DNA of 64,000 bases from contig CM119372.1 in NCBI GenBank assembly GCA_051294905.1, forward strand, positions 16,060,001-16,124,000, read 5' to 3'. Under the pieces are notes generated by a model that saw only the letters and a list, made by a program, of their open reading frames with translations, made no database searches and was not told where the DNA came from. Position 1 is the first letter of the stretch. Each line of letters begins with the position of its first letter. The translations under genes and the position numbers were made by a program. This stretch comes from Botryllus schlosseri. Its lineage: Eukaryota. Shown here in pieces: positions 1 to 13,563 of this stretch.

Positions 1-21
1 CACAATCCTTCCATTCTTTAG

Positions 22-186
22 TGAAGGACACCAGACGAAAGGGGCTTGTTGCGTTGGAAAATGCCTACCGGGTGGTACTGGAGCGAGTTGGAGAGGATCC
101 CACAAGACAAGGCGTAGTGAAAACGCCCTATCGCGCTGCCAAAGCTATGCTGTACTTGACGAAAGGCTATCAACAATCTTTGGAAG
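22..186 (+). CDS. GCH1: GTP cyclohydrolase I, first visible coding exon (gene begins upstream of the window)
   Basis: Translates ...[45 protein letters not shown], matching the GCH1 GE(D/N)PxRxGxxxTPxR...TKGY motif. GT donor at 187 (phase 1). The acceptor at 20-21 (ttctttag) is inferred; the frame is also open back to base 3. Confidence 0.9.
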
Positions 187-673
187 GTATAGGCACATAG
201 ATAATATTAGAGTGGTGCGACCTTAGGAGCGTTAACCCGCTGCTTTAACTATGACATGAAGTTTATCTTCTCTTGCCGCGTTGTAGGATGGTGGCCTGCG
301 TATAGGCATAGAAAACAATTCTCCTAATGATGGTCTGGTATTAGCATAATTTCGTTTCTAGCGAAGTCACTCAATGATGACAGGTAGATGTTCATATAGT
401 GAGATGGAATTATCCAACCATACCCGTCGGTGAGTATTTATTCCAGTGGTAATAACTAGGGCTAGGCAAAATCGAGCTGCATACCGGAATCATTCGATTT
501 TTAATGGGGTATTATGCTACGAGGCGAATATTCGAGTATCTCTCATCATGACGTCCCAGTAGTCTTAATGATGGGCAAAGTTCCCACCTGTACCTATACA
601 AAGAAGATAATGCCAACTCCACAACACAGCAAAGATGATTTGGTAATTTTTCGACCACACCAATTTCAATGTA

Positions 674-870
674 CACTGTAAAAAATAAACCGTGTATTTA
701 ACGTGTTTTTTGCATGTTTTTTCCAATAATACGTTAAACGACGGAAAACGCCGACGTGTTTTTGAAATAAACAAGTTTAAAACCGAAAACGCGACGTGTT
801 TTCCAATTAATCAAGTTCAAAACTGAAACGTAACATGTTATGTAGAAAACATGTTGCGTTTCAGTTTGGA
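674..870. mobile_element. Left end of a CACTGTAAA-type (CACTA/EnSpm-like) non-autonomous element in the GCH1 intron
   Basis: ta|CACTGTAAAAAA followed by repeated ACGTGTTTT-like subterminal motifs; no matching right end recognised. Confidence 0.4.
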
Positions 871-875
871 ATAAC

Positions 876-1155
876 GTTGCTCTGATTTGAAAGCTACTGT
901 CGCGCTGATTCCGAAAATATGCATTAAAATCTAATCAGGGCAATGGAACGCCTTCGAAATACACCCAAAAGTATGAAATTCGGCATTGTTCCGAACCACG
1001 CGTTATAGGGCCATTGTGCTGCGTCGCTGCGATTGTTTGGAACAATGCTGATTTTCAGATTTTGAAGGCTACTTCGGGGTAATTCCATTGCCCTATTGAA
1101 ATTTTAATGTATACTTTCAGAATCATCGCCACGGTAGCTTTCAAATGAAATCAAC
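876..1155. mobile_element. Degenerate hairpin MITE
   Basis: Imperfect inverted arms of about 125 bp (tttgaaagctac...gggcaatggaa...gcattgttcc versus ggaacaatgc...ttccattgccc...gtagctttcaaa). Confidence 0.65.
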
Positions 1156-1299
1156 TATATCTAATTTGAGCGCTCGGGTCTGAAGCTATGGGATATGAAA
1201 TTATGTAACGTTCAGATTGCTGAGCAAGCAAGCGTGACGATAGCTGTTGCGAATCTATCCGTATAGGTTAGCTATCTATTATAAAACATGTGAGTATTC

Positions 1300-1515
1300 G
1301 TCGTAATATATTAGTTCACACCTTACACGATTTCAGTATCCGTCGTGATTGGTTGAAAAACGGCGGCATCATATTAGTTCACACCTGACCTCACACGATT
1401 TCGGTATCCGTTGTGATTGGTTGGAAAACAGGAAATTTTAGTTCGCGGCTCATACGATTTCAGTATCCGTCGTGATTGGTTGAAAACGGCGGTGATATAT
1501 TAGTTCACGGCTGAA
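1300..1515. repeat. Minisatellite, about 3.5 copies of a ~60-65 bp unit
   Basis: Repeated atattagttcac...acgatttcagtatccgtcgtgattggttgaaaa. Confidence 0.8.
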
Positions 1516-3935
1516 AAATGGGTTGAACCGGATGAGTTCAAAACTGAACAGTGAACACAATGACTCGCACTCAGACCCTAACCACAACACTACAACACGA
1601 CCCTCTACTCACTGACATGGATTCGGACTTGACTAAGGCGTGAATTGAGAATCAATCGACTTGACTCGAGTCAAAACAAAAAAAAGTTAGATTGACTTGT
1701 GACTTGGAACCAAGTGTATTGGTTACAGCCCGGCTTTGCAATGCATGCTACGTATGTTGCGATGCGATTAATCCGGGTGTACAGACTTCCACAGGGCAAA
1801 ATAATATCAAAATTCCAATTATCGTTGATAAATTAGGCTACCTTTCAATGCCAGGAGCATATGATTTCAGTTTTCGAATGAACAATCTGTCACTGTACTC
1901 GGCTCGAATCAAAAATATAGATACTTGTTCCGTTCGAATACTCGAATCATTGTGCGCAGCATTAGTAACAGTCCGAAACGCCTCTGTTTGCTGCAGTTCC
2001 GTCTTCGCGTAACTTTATTGGCATCCGTCTTCGCATAATCGTATTGGTATCCAATCAAATGTTGCTGACAATAATAAATGCTTCGTGGTACAGAACTGTC
2101 AAATTACTTGTAATAGAATGTTGATCGAAATATGTATTTCTTCACATCTATTACAACATTCGGTTTGAACTATTCTAACTAAAGCACTGGCTGGTTCTAC
2201 ATTTTTCAACTCGTCACTCGGCATCTAAATGTATTGGGGGCAATCTTTATCAACCCTTCTCAGGTCAGCAATTTTAGGTAACTTTATCGGAATACACGTT
2301 GTCAAATTGTCAACATGGCATTTCCTTCCGAAGAAGCTAGTCTCATGATGAATTTGTTATTTTGAGTGATTTGGTATTGATAAAACCTTAACAAACGAAC
2401 AGTGATCCTAATTCGGAGTTTTTTTTGTCACGAACATAGTTGTAGCTTGTATTAGTCAAGAATCTACTAAAATTTCAAGATTTGCAAATTTTTTCTTCCA
2501 TGTCTGATAAGATTTTTCGGAATATGTAATTGGAACCAAACTCACTATAGTCCTACGGAGAAAATCGCTTTTGAGACCGGAAGTGCATGAGCCCCGTCCG
2601 TGTCTGGGTTCGTCAAATTTAGATTGCATTTTTAGGCTTTATTCGACCGTAATGCTCGCGTGCGACGTAACATGCGACTATCGCACCTATGTCCATCTAT
2701 TATTCGATCCGCACTAACTATAAGGTCTGTGGCATAAATGGATGTGGTTGAATTCGTGTCCGTTCAAATTTTGAAAATTGGGAAGTAGATGATCATTTTC
2801 CGGTACTTACTGAATTTTAAAACCTTACCCAGTATCGGATCATCTATTGATATAAAAATTATATTATCATTGAAATGTAGGGAATTATTTCATCTGCTGA
2901 CATCTGTCCCGTGGCATAATGTTGACAACCTGTCCGATTCTTGAGTTGTTAGCAAAGTTCATCCAAGGTCCAAGAAAGTCGAAAACTGGAAAGGAACAGG
3001 AAAACATGTTCTACTGTGGCGTATTGGTGCGCACAAACTGTGTTCAAATTCACGGTTTAGAAGACATAGTGTGACTTTTATATGTTACGAAATTGAAATG
3101 ACTTTTTCTCGAAATTTTGATGTTTCATACCTTGAAAGGCATGAATCCTTTTTGAGGCAGATGCAATTATCCGAGAAACTTTAAAATTTAAGGGTCAATA
3201 TATCTTGGGATGCTGAACCGGACTATAAGGTTCCTTTTGAGTGTAAGTGAGGGGTCAACCCCTGTGGGTTGGTCAAAGTAAAAAATCAGCAATTTTTCAA
3301 ATCTCTCCTGAAATTTTTTTTATCTGGATTCTTCTTGCTCAGATGAAAAAAAACGTTTGACCTGGTTCTTTGAAATGAGTTAAATCCACAAAGAGTGTCG
3401 CGGAAAAACTCTGAAAATATTTCCATGAAACGATTTGCGAAAAATTATTTTCAAAAATCATAAAGTTCAATGACAGTAAAAAAACGTCGATAATTTTCCA
3501 CAGAATTTTTACAAAAGTTGATATGTCTGCCCAAGCATCACGAGTCCAAATTGTAATAAGATTGCTTCCTAAGTTTGAAGGTTAAGAGCGAATGACTAAT
3601 TTTATATTTCGAGGGGTAGCCTAGCGCCTTAAACCAAATTTAGGCCGGCAAAACGAATCCCTTAATAACTTGGAAATTTCAGAATGCTTCGTGTTGACGT
3701 ATCAAATACCATTGCTTCACTTGTATCATTGTTCCTGTGCAAAGCCGGCTTTAACAGCTGATAACATAATATTACGTCGTAATGATTTATATCGTACTGC
3801 TCCGCGTCAATTTTACAATTTGTATTCACCCTTTTATTGGCAATTCTTCCCGACGAGAGTCAATCGAACAGCTTCAAAGAACGTGAAGAAATGTATTGAG
3901 GTGAATGTTCTATTACCAGTGACTGATTTTTTCAG

Positions 3936-4045
3936 ACATCATAAACGATGCGGTTTTTGAGGAAGACCACGATGAAATCGTTGTTGTGAAGGATATAGAA
4001 GTATTCTCGATGTGTGAACACCATCTTGTACCCTTCATGGGTAAG
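3936..4045 (+). CDS. GCH1: GCH1 exon with the zinc-binding SMCEHH motif
   Basis: ttttcag|(D)[36 protein letters not shown]|gtaaat; 110 bp, phase-compatible with the previous exon. Confidence 0.97.
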
Positions 4046-4107
4046 GTAAATACTGCCATTACTGAAAAAAAGCCCATTGTCATTTTTTTCAATGAGCTGC
4101 TTCTCAG

Positions 4108-4163
4108 GTAGCCATAGGATACCTTCCGGACAAAAAAGTGTTGGGGCTCAGCAAATTAGCCAG
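4108..4163 (+). CDS. GCH1: GCH1 exon
   Basis: ttctcag|[18 protein letters not shown](R)|gtaggt; 56 bp; GLSKLAR signature. Confidence 0.97.
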
Positions 4164-4486
4164 GTAGGTTTAACTACGATATATGCCGTGTGATATCAGC
4201 AGGTAGATCTAGTTTAAATTATTTTAAGTCATGATCTACTGAGTTTGAATTTAGTGGCGTTGACTAAAAATAAGAAGTAATCTTTTCGACTCGACTCCGT
4301 AAATACCAACTTTACATGAAATTTTCCGTTGGTTGACCTTGAAAAAGGTCGTCTTTCTGGCACAACTCCCGAAAGTCCCGCCGATCGGTTACTTGAGTGC
4401 TGATTTATGTGGAGTGAGATTTGAGTGGAAAGTTCGTTTATTTTCGTCTGCATCATCGAGTGGCTCGCATGATAGAGACGCACATT

Positions 4487-5585
4487 GGATGGTGTCAACG
4501 TGAGGTTCACGTTCGCGTTCTGTGTGTGAATCTCAGGAATTTAGAGGTTCACGTTCACAAACGAACCTTGGTAGGCTCTGCACTGTGAACCTTTTTTATA
4601 TATTACAATTTCCACGCCATTATAACATCTTTGGTTGAGATTTATTTCATTTCAACTGCGGGCCGCTCCATGCGTCGCACTGGCAGCATAAAAAAATCAA
4701 CATTAAACGAGCACGCATCTTAACAATATCATAAATTTTACCTACTTTGTTACAAAAGTTGGCTCGAAATATTCAGTTTTCCGTTTGTGAATATTTAGTG
4801 ACTCTCTGCTGTGTGCTTGACTCGCAATCACACAATATCAAGAACGAAATACGTTGCAGTCAGCGAATGATGCTTATTCAACCAATCAATGAAATTAATA
4901 AAATTAATACATCGTTGCCTGATGTAAAAAATTTAGCAGACGTGCGGAGTCCATCTTGATTTGACATATTTATTGTATCATAGAAAACAAGTCCATGTGA
5001 TTGGCATTATTATAGGCTATCACTTCACTGAAATGTAGGGTTGAAATTAGCAATATGACGTCACGTGACGTCATGGGGTTCACGTTCACGTTCACACAGA
5101 ACCTTTTAAAAAGGTTCGCGTTTACACGAACCTGAACGTTTCAGAGGTTCAAACCATCCCTACTTTTAACACTCTGTTCAATATCAACGTAGCAATACTC
5201 AGACGCCGAATACATATTTCGGTCTGACCTAGACCGGTAAGGCGTCTGCTTATAGTCCCTTGCCAGTCCTCGTCGAAATTTCTCGCAAATCGACGGAAGA
5301 TATTGATTTCATGGGATTATCATATCATTCGTTTGCTCCAGTTTATATATTTGGCGATATTTTAAAAGCCGGTATGTACTTCAGCATTGGGGCATAATGT
5401 GGCCCGAATCGCCGCCAGGTTTCGTGTTGTACATTAATATGTCACTTCACTGAAATGCAGGGTTGGAACTAGCAATATGACGTCACGTGACGTCATAAAG
5501 TTCACGTTCGCGTTCACACAGAATCTTCAAAAAAAGGTTCGAGTTCACACGAACCTGAACTTTTCAGAGGTTCACACCATCCCTA
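4487..5585 (-). mobile_element. Two fused, rearranged copies of the TAGGGATGG hAT-type MITE in a GCH1 intron
   Basis: Reverse-complement match to the copies at 45500 and 59789; two ...accatcccta ends (5162, 5585). Confidence 0.85.
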
Positions 5586-5714
5586 CCTTGGATACCAGTT
5601 TCACGATAAAAGACTTTGATCTTACCCGCCCATGGATTGAGCTTTAATAGCAATCGTGGAGTGTCGAATAAACTGTTCGGTGATTTGTTCTCATAATTAA
5701 AATTTAAATTCCAG

Positions 5715-5831
5715 AATAGTTGATATGTTCGGAAGAAGATTTCAAGTCCAGGAGAGACTCACTCGTCAAATTGCATCAGCCGTAGAAGAAGCAATCGGCG
5801 CTACTGGCGTGGGAGTAGTCATTGAGGCGCA
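5715..5831 (+). CDS. GCH1: GCH1 exon
   Basis: ttccag|[38 protein letters not shown](Q)|gtaaat; 117 bp; QVQERLT signature. Confidence 0.97.
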
Positions 5832-6319
5832 GTAAATGAGCTTGACATTCTATCCAATTATTAAACTTTTACGATCATTGCCTACAGTCACCTCAGAGCT
5901 AATAAGATGTTTTGCTACGACTGTCATACTACGGCTAGAGTTGATCTCGTGACACTTGGGCCCCAAATAATTTTAGACTATTTCACCTCAGGCTGGTTAT
6001 TCCACCAGCACCAATTACGTCGTGATTCAAATACCCATTTCTAAAGTATAGGCATATACCAATATCCAATTGTGAACTTGAAAGTTTACAATTCCCAGCT
6101 ATAAACTTACAATTTGCTCAATTCACGAAAAAAATCTTTGAAATCGAGTAACTATTTATGGAAATAAAAACTTGATTGATTTACAATCTAAAGTTGATCC
6201 AAACACTATTTCGGCAGTGTTTTTTTTCACATCAGTTGATGCATGTTAGCGATAGAAAGTTGATCGAATGCAACCGAAAACCTTCCGTAAAACCAGGTGA
6301 TACCCATTGTTTTGTTCAG

Positions 6320-6452
6320 ACATATGTGCATGGTGATGCGTGGCGTTCAGCAAACGATGTCTAGCACCTCTACCACTTGCATGCTGGGAGCATTCAAAGA
6401 CGACCCGAAAAAACGCGACGAGTTCCTGGCTCTAGTTGGAATTTCAAAATAG
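6320..6452 (+). CDS. GCH1: GCH1 last coding exon
   Basis: tttgttcag|[43 protein letters not shown]; third Zn ligand in HMCM; TAG at 6450-6452. Confidence 0.97.
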
Positions 6453-6831
6453 CATAAAATTTTCATGGTAACAAAATCCGGATGGCTAATACCAAACGAC
6501 CACGGGCGACATTGCTTTTATTGTTTTCTTTTACGTGATACTGTTAGAATTGCATTTCTCTATATTTCAAGGAGAATTGTAAGTTCTCTACAAAATTGCG
6601 TCGAAACGAATAGGCCATACAATTATTCAGCGAGATAAATTGTCATGGTTGTTTATAACATGCTACATCAAAGCATCTTCTCCGATACGAATGTTTATGT
6701 CAAGCTGTCTGCATGTATTGAGCTCTGTGTGTTGGAATCGCAAGTTATAAATTTCGTACGAGACCTCTAAGAATTCATTTCGTGCTATAGGCTATTATGC
6801 TAGCTCAGTCAAGTCAGGACAGTGTACAGGC

Positions 6832-7877
6832 CAGGTGTAATCAACCTTGTTTGGCTCATGGCCCACTAAATTATTTAATAGATATTGTCGGCCCATCATC
6901 GATCAATGAAAAACAAAACGGCAAGAAACAATCATTCTTCAAAAGTCCTATCTTACAGATAAGATGAATATTGTCAGTTACCGGTAAACCGGAGTAGGTA
7001 ACGATGAAAACAAGACTAACATTACTACGAATCAGAATCGAATACAATTATGTCATGAACGTTCTGTACGAACGTTCTGTAGCGTTCATCTTGTTTCTGT
7101 CCGTGGCGCAAAAAGCCTCTAGTTGCGATAAGCGCCACTTTTTCCAATGTGTTTTTCTCTTAAGAATAATAATGTCATGAAAACTGAGTGTGCGTAGTGA
7201 ACTAACAACCTAACCGCGCAAAGCGCAAAAATTTTTCTAAGTCACCGAATGAGTTCGGCCAATACTATTGTCACTTGCATATATCGCATCTGCATACCGC
7301 TATGATCATTTGTCAAGGATAGGATTATTCGGCGCTTGGACTTATAAATATCGAAGATTTCGGCGAATATCCGTCCTTCAATTTGTGCAAAAGTTTCATC
7401 GCCGACCATCTTTCTGCAAGTACGGACGCGAAGTCTCATGTTTGACGACACGTTCTCCCATAATTGCGAATATAGTCTGACTCAATTCAGTAAATACTGC
7501 GTATTTTTAATTTTCAGGGGGGCACTAAAAGCCACAAACTGAATGACAATAAATCGCGAGAAGTGCTGCGAAAAATGTCAAGTCAAATAAATGGTCCACG
7601 AAATATTTTACTTTATGGTCATATACGAAGATTTACGGAAAATGTGGCTGGCTACTGGCGTATACGCCAATGCGTGGGCACTAATAATTTTGTCATCAAT
7701 ATTTCAAATTCTGCGGTCTGGTGATTCAAATCTTCAATTGGCCTAGCAAGTTCACAATAGATGATCCGGGTAATTTATTATTTGATATTTCATCTGATTT
7801 CGAGAATTATCTAGCGGGCCACTCAAAATCTTCTCGCCGGCCACATTTGGCCCGCGTGCCACGGTTGGCCGTCCCTG
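6832..7877 (+). mobile_element. hAT-type MITE; uninterrupted relative of the split element at 14562-33452
   Basis: CAGGTGT...CCCTG termini; 7270-7545 matches 14840-15070 and 7545-7877 matches 33152-33452. Confidence 0.7.
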
Positions 7878-8131
7878 GTCCACAGCTTCGCCACGAATAG
7901 TTACCATGTTCAAGTCCTGCAGAGGCTTACTCCAGAATCCTACCCCAAGTGTTAGAGGTTTAACTAGGCTCCCTCTCGCCATCTGATCCTAGTATAGTGG
8001 GTCAATGCAACAAGTCGGCATAATAAAGAATATCGGCCTGGTTTGAATGTCCATTGCAGTCGAAAAAACATCATGAATCCCACGAGAATCCCACAAACGG
8101 CAAACTATAGCAACCGGTCGGAAGAGTCTAA

Positions 8132-9038
8132 TAGCGATGGTGTGAACCCGTGGAAGGTTCAGGTTCAAGTGAACGCGAACTTTTTTGAAAGGTTCTGTGA
8201 CGTTATCTTGTTAATTTCATCCTTACATTTCAGTGAAGTTATATATTAATTCCCAGCGTCGACTAAGGCCACATTATGCCACAATGCTGAAGTAGGCTAC
8301 ATGCTGACTTTTTCAAAGTCACCAAATGTATCAACTGCAGCAATCAAATGCTATAATAATCCCATAAAATCAATATCTTCTGTCGCAGTCTAGAAGTTCG
8401 ACGAGGACTTGCGAACGATCGCTTACGCCTTAACCGTCTAGGCCAGGCCGGACTATGCATTCGACGTCTATGACCAATTTAACCAAGTTATACAGTAGTC
8501 AACACCCCAATAGCAAGGAATTGGTTTTTATGATACAATAAACGTATCAAATCAAGATCCAGTATGCTAGATTTGTCACGTAAGACAACGATGTATTCTT
8601 TGTATCAATTAGATATATATATATAAATATATTTATTGGTTGAATAAGCATCATTCGCTGACCACCTGTAGGTTGTATTTCGTTCTTGATGTTGTGTAAT
8701 TGCGGGTCAAGCTCACGGCAGAGAGTCACTAAATATTCACAAACGGAAAGCTGAATATTTCGAGCAACCTTTTGTAACAAAGCAAGTAAAGTTTTCGAGA
8801 TTGGCAAGGTACATGCTCGCTTAGTGTTGATTTTTATGCCACCAACGGTATGCATAGACTGACGTTGAAGTGCAAAGAACTTCAACCAAATATGTTATAA
8901 TGGCATGCAAAATTGTAATATATAAAAAAGATGCATAGTGCTGAACTTCCCAAGGTTCATTTGTGAACATAAACCGTTAAATTTCAGAGGTTCACATCAC
9001 AGAGCGCGAACGTTAACCTTACGTTCACACCATCCCTA
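8132..9038 (+). mobile_element. TAGGGATGG hAT-type MITE, diverged copy
   Basis: tagcgatggtgtgaac...ttcacaccatcccta termini; internal similarity to the family. Confidence 0.85.
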
Positions 9039-10618
9039 TAGTGTCTAACTTGTACTGAACTCTGGACTCTGAACTACTAACTCATACAGATGAATTAGCA
9101 TGTGTATTGAATATCACGAAATTGCCGAAGTCATTTCAAAAGAAATGTCGTCTGCACATATGTATTGCGTGTAACTTTATAGGCTACTTGTCATACTGTG
9201 ACATTGAAAAAGAAAATTGATGAAAGCTTGAACAATCCTGTGCAAAATTTTTCTACTTAGGCTCAATAATGCCGATGGCAACTCAAAATGACGATGTAGA
9301 GTAGGCCTACGTATTACACATACCCGAAGTACTCCTTCACTTTAAACCCCAATGGTTCACATTAGATCGTATAATCCATCAAAAAACGCGGATTTTGCTG
9401 TAGTTTTGGTAAAGCATCCAATGATACAATAATTATTGTAATATGTACTTGGTTTTCGCATGGAATTTTATTTCCTTTTTGTATACACTTTATATATAGA
9501 TAAAATTCGAATTAGGCCTATTACTCATCTGCGCAGACGCAAGCGGGTTCGACTTTTCATATACGTGCGTATTCCGCCAATAAATCGTAACGGTGTCGAC
9601 CGATGTAGGCAGCTTATGCTATTCGTCTTAATATTGCCCCGATTGCCCAAAACGAATATAAATCATTTCGAAAATATACCGGCCATGAGTAAGTTACAAC
9701 CGGCACCTTTCCCTGAAGCTAATATCAAAGCGAAAGTAATATGATATGTTTATGAATTAACACATAACTATTTCCTGAATTGTTCGAAAACTATACACAA
9801 TTCATTTTCCTAATTCTCAGGATTAAGTGGCCAGGATTAAGCCGGCATCATCAAACATATAGTACCAGAATAGGAAATTTGTATTTATTCGCTACGTGCA
9901 TGTCATGCGTGGCTTATGTCACGTACTAGCGGGCTCTAAGCACTGATATCATTTTTTCATATGCATATTATGCAAACTTTGTTTCAATGCAAAAAATTGT
10001 ATTGCGTGGATGGGTTCGCGTAGGACTGAATCACGATCTGAGGATACCTAAACATTGAATGATGAAGTAACAAGACCTACATGTTATGCCGTAAATAAAG
10101 AACTGACATCCCAACGTAAATGGTTGTAGTTATGGTGATTTTTTCCAGTCGTAAAGTGGTCGCGCATTATCTGGATAGTGAAAATAGTAATACTTGGTTA
10201 TGAATACTCAAAGATTAATTACTTCTGTAGCAACAAATTTGGAAACGCCAAGAATGAAATTGGTTAATCGACATACTAAGAGAGACGAAAAGGGCAAACA
10301 TGTAATTTGGTGTAGGTATTCCTACAAAAGTATAATTTGGTGAGTGAATTGGGGATGTGAAATATATACTGGGTTAACTTAGCAAAATGATATCAGGATC
10401 GTAAATGCCGCAACCCAAACTCTCTAATTGAGGAGACGGAGGCAAGCTCGAATGGGGCTCACAACTAGTTCGTAAATCAATAAAAAGTATACATATGTTC
10501 ATGAACAGATTTATGCGACTCTTATTTCCAATAAATAAGTCGAACTGTATCACGTATATCGAATTATAATGTGATGTTATTGATGTGTAATCTGACACTC
10601 CAGAAGGTAGCGTTACAG

Positions 10619-10954
10619 TATGGTTACCATATTTTTGAATCGGGATAGGAGAACACTTTTTCAAAATTTTCAAACACAGAATACCGATGGAAAATCCTGA
10701 AAATGTGTTAAATTTGTACCACTTCGTAGTCGGTTGACTAATAAAAAAGGTCAACTTTCGGTCAGCTCCCGTCGGAGCGTCACTTCGGTGCTGATTTCGG
10801 CATCACAGTCGAATTTTGCTATAAATTTGACCAAAATTCCTAACAAAGAGAACAAAATTTCAAAAATGAGGACATTTAGGCGTTCTCGGAGGACATTTTC
10901 AAAAACCCGAAAAAGGAGGACAAATCCTCCTAAAGGAGGACGTATGGTAATTCT
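10619..10954 (+). mobile_element. TAGGGTTACCA-type MITE, diverged copy
   Basis: Similar to 43422-43851 (ggttaccata...aggaggacatttaggcgt...tggtaa). Confidence 0.7.
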
Positions 10955-11007
10955 AGCGTTTCGTATCCGCTGAGCTTCTGTCTTTCTCCGACGGATCTGA
11001 CTCATCA

Positions 11008-11201
11008 ACAATGTTCCGTCTATGCTGCGCACGTGCGCAAACGCGCAGTGATGACACGGTCGTTGCGCACAGAAAATCCAAGTTGCGCACAAAAAAATCC
11101 GAACTGATGACCTTTTTTAGTCTTTACGCACTGTTGTCCAAGGGTCTGCGCAGTGAGTTGGTAAGTGTGCGCAGACTCTTCAAAAATTAGAGGTAACAAT
11201 G
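11008..11201. mobile_element. Short MITE; inverted copy at ~61657-61848
   Basis: caatgttcc...agaggtaacaatg termini; reverse-complement match to 61657-61848. Confidence 0.7.
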
Positions 11202-11921
11202 CACATCAACCTATAATATTTTAACGTAATACGCGACAGGCTGTCTTGTAGACACAGAGACCACGACACGACAAGGATTTATTGTGACCGTTCCAACGGA
11301 ATTTGGTCTTTATCGAACGGCATATGAATTCGAATGTATGAGAATTTCATAATACAGGCACATATACTCATATCAATACAAGAGTATAACAGCGTGGCAG
11401 TTCTAATCAAGCTTTCGTGCAATTCATAAAGTCTTATCGGGTGTTTCTTGGGAATCTAATGATATCTTACATCTTATATATCTTGGCGATCTGTCTGTAA
11501 TCATTTTATACGATTTACAAAATGGTCTAATGAATATAATCCGTTACAAATTCCATTCCTAATTATGAGGGACCGCTGTATTGCTAATATCGCTTTCGGC
11601 CGTTTCAGACCTCTGCGATTAGGGTAAAACAACAATCAATTTGAAACAAACATGTTTAAAACATGGCCTTCGTTTAAAACAAAACTTTCATTTTTTTGTC
11701 TGAGATAACGTCACGAATCTTAAATTGTGACGCTACAGTGACTTATCATTATTATATGAGTCCTTAACAATTTTAATGAAAAGTATGGGGAAAAGGGCTT
11801 CACACCTCTGTGTAAAAGGAACAAAAATATTTGACCGGGACTACATCGTCATACATCATTTCACGGTTAGCAGTCATCATCATCAGAACATCCATTCCAT
11901 TCCGTTCCAGTGACCTATAAC

Positions 11922-13563
11922 CAGGGCCGTAACAGCACTTCGTCAGGCCCCCCAAAAAACTTTGGTCTTGGGCCCCCCATAGTGTTATAGACCGAACCCA
12001 CTGTTATATAGTGTTATAGACCCCAGACCCCCCTCCGGCGATACACTGTTTACCACTATTCATCATTTTCATTGGGAGTTTCTTTAGTGAATCAGCTTTA
12101 GTCGCCTAAGCGCGCGGAGCGCGCAAAATTTCTAGTATTCATGATTTCATCGGTCAGTATGATCGGGAAATGCATACATTGTTATCAATTTTTATCTTCT
12201 CTCTGCTCACGTAATCAGATTTGCCGGTAGAGCTGAGTGAGGTGTGTTTGATAAGGTAGGACCACTCAATAATAATTAAACATCTTCGGGCGTATACCCG
12301 TTGGCAGGAACAAAACAGCACCTCGTCAGCCCCCCCCCCCCAAACGTGGGTCGGGTCTTGGGCTCCCATACGATGATAGAACGCCCCCCCCCCCCCCCAT
12401 CACGTTGTTCGCGTTTGTCACGAAATTACCCGTACTGTATTGTGAGCCAGCGCGAGGCGCGAAAATTTTCGATAATTTATGATAAAATCGCTCAATCAGA
12501 TCGGCGACTGCATATATAATATGTTATCAATATATTGTCCTCTCTACTCACGTAATCAGATTTGCCGGTAGAGCTGAGTGAGGTGTGTTTGAAATGGTAG
12601 GACCACTCAATAATAATTAAACATCTTCGGGCGTATACCCGTTGGCAGGAACGAAACAGCACCTCGTCAGGCCCCCAAGAACGTGGGTCTTGGGCTCCCA
12701 TAGGCTGATAAACCGACCCCCCATCACGTTTTTCACGTTTGTCACGAAATTACCCGTACTGTATTGAGAGCCAGCGCCAAGCGCGAAAATTTTCGATAAT
12801 TTATGATAAAATCGGTAAATCAGATCGGCGACTGCATATATATTATGCTATCAATTTATTGTCTTCTCTACTCACGTAATTAGATTTACCGGTTGAGCTG
12901 AGTGAAGTGACTTGAAAACGGGAGGGCCCGTAAATAATGATTAAACATCTTCGGGCGGGCGGAACCGTTGATATGACTTCGCTACATGATGTTATTTCGT
13001 GACTTCCAGTCTGCTATATCAGAAAATATAGAACCGCCCAAACGTAGGCTTCTAAACTAAGAGAAGCACACGATTTCAAATTGGTATTTCTTCACTGGCA
13101 TAAAATTTTTCCCAGCGGGATGGTATTTGTCTTGTGAGGTTCAGATTGCAAAGACAGGAACATTCGGCGCCAGTCATTTAGGCGCCTATGGACAATTAAA
13201 CCTATATGTATTTTGTATAGCCTATATAGCGAAGTCTTTGATCTGCATAAGGGCATAGACCTTTTCGGCCAAGCTTTTCTCGCTGCCAATCGTTCTGGCA
13301 CACTTCTTGGAGTCGCATGTTATATGGCCTAAAACTTGATTGTATGTCTTGGTGCGTCGTGGCGCGGTAATGGCCCAATACCCAATAAGAAATATAAATG
13401 GCTACGTGAATTCGCGCACAGCGCGAAAAAATTTTGAAAAAATTGCATCAATTTTCAAAAAATACTCTTTGATTTATGCTAATTCACGAAATAATTTTGG
13501 GCCCCCCATCGAGCTCGCCCCCCCCCCAATTGAAGGTTTTGGGGTGCGGCAGTTACGGTGCTG
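11922..13563 (+). mobile_element. hAT-type MITE with three internal ~330-bp tandem units
   Basis: CAGGGCCGTAAC...GTTACGGTGCTG termini; flanks cctataac/cccataac (7/8 TSD); units start near 12120, 12455 and 12780. Confidence 0.8.
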
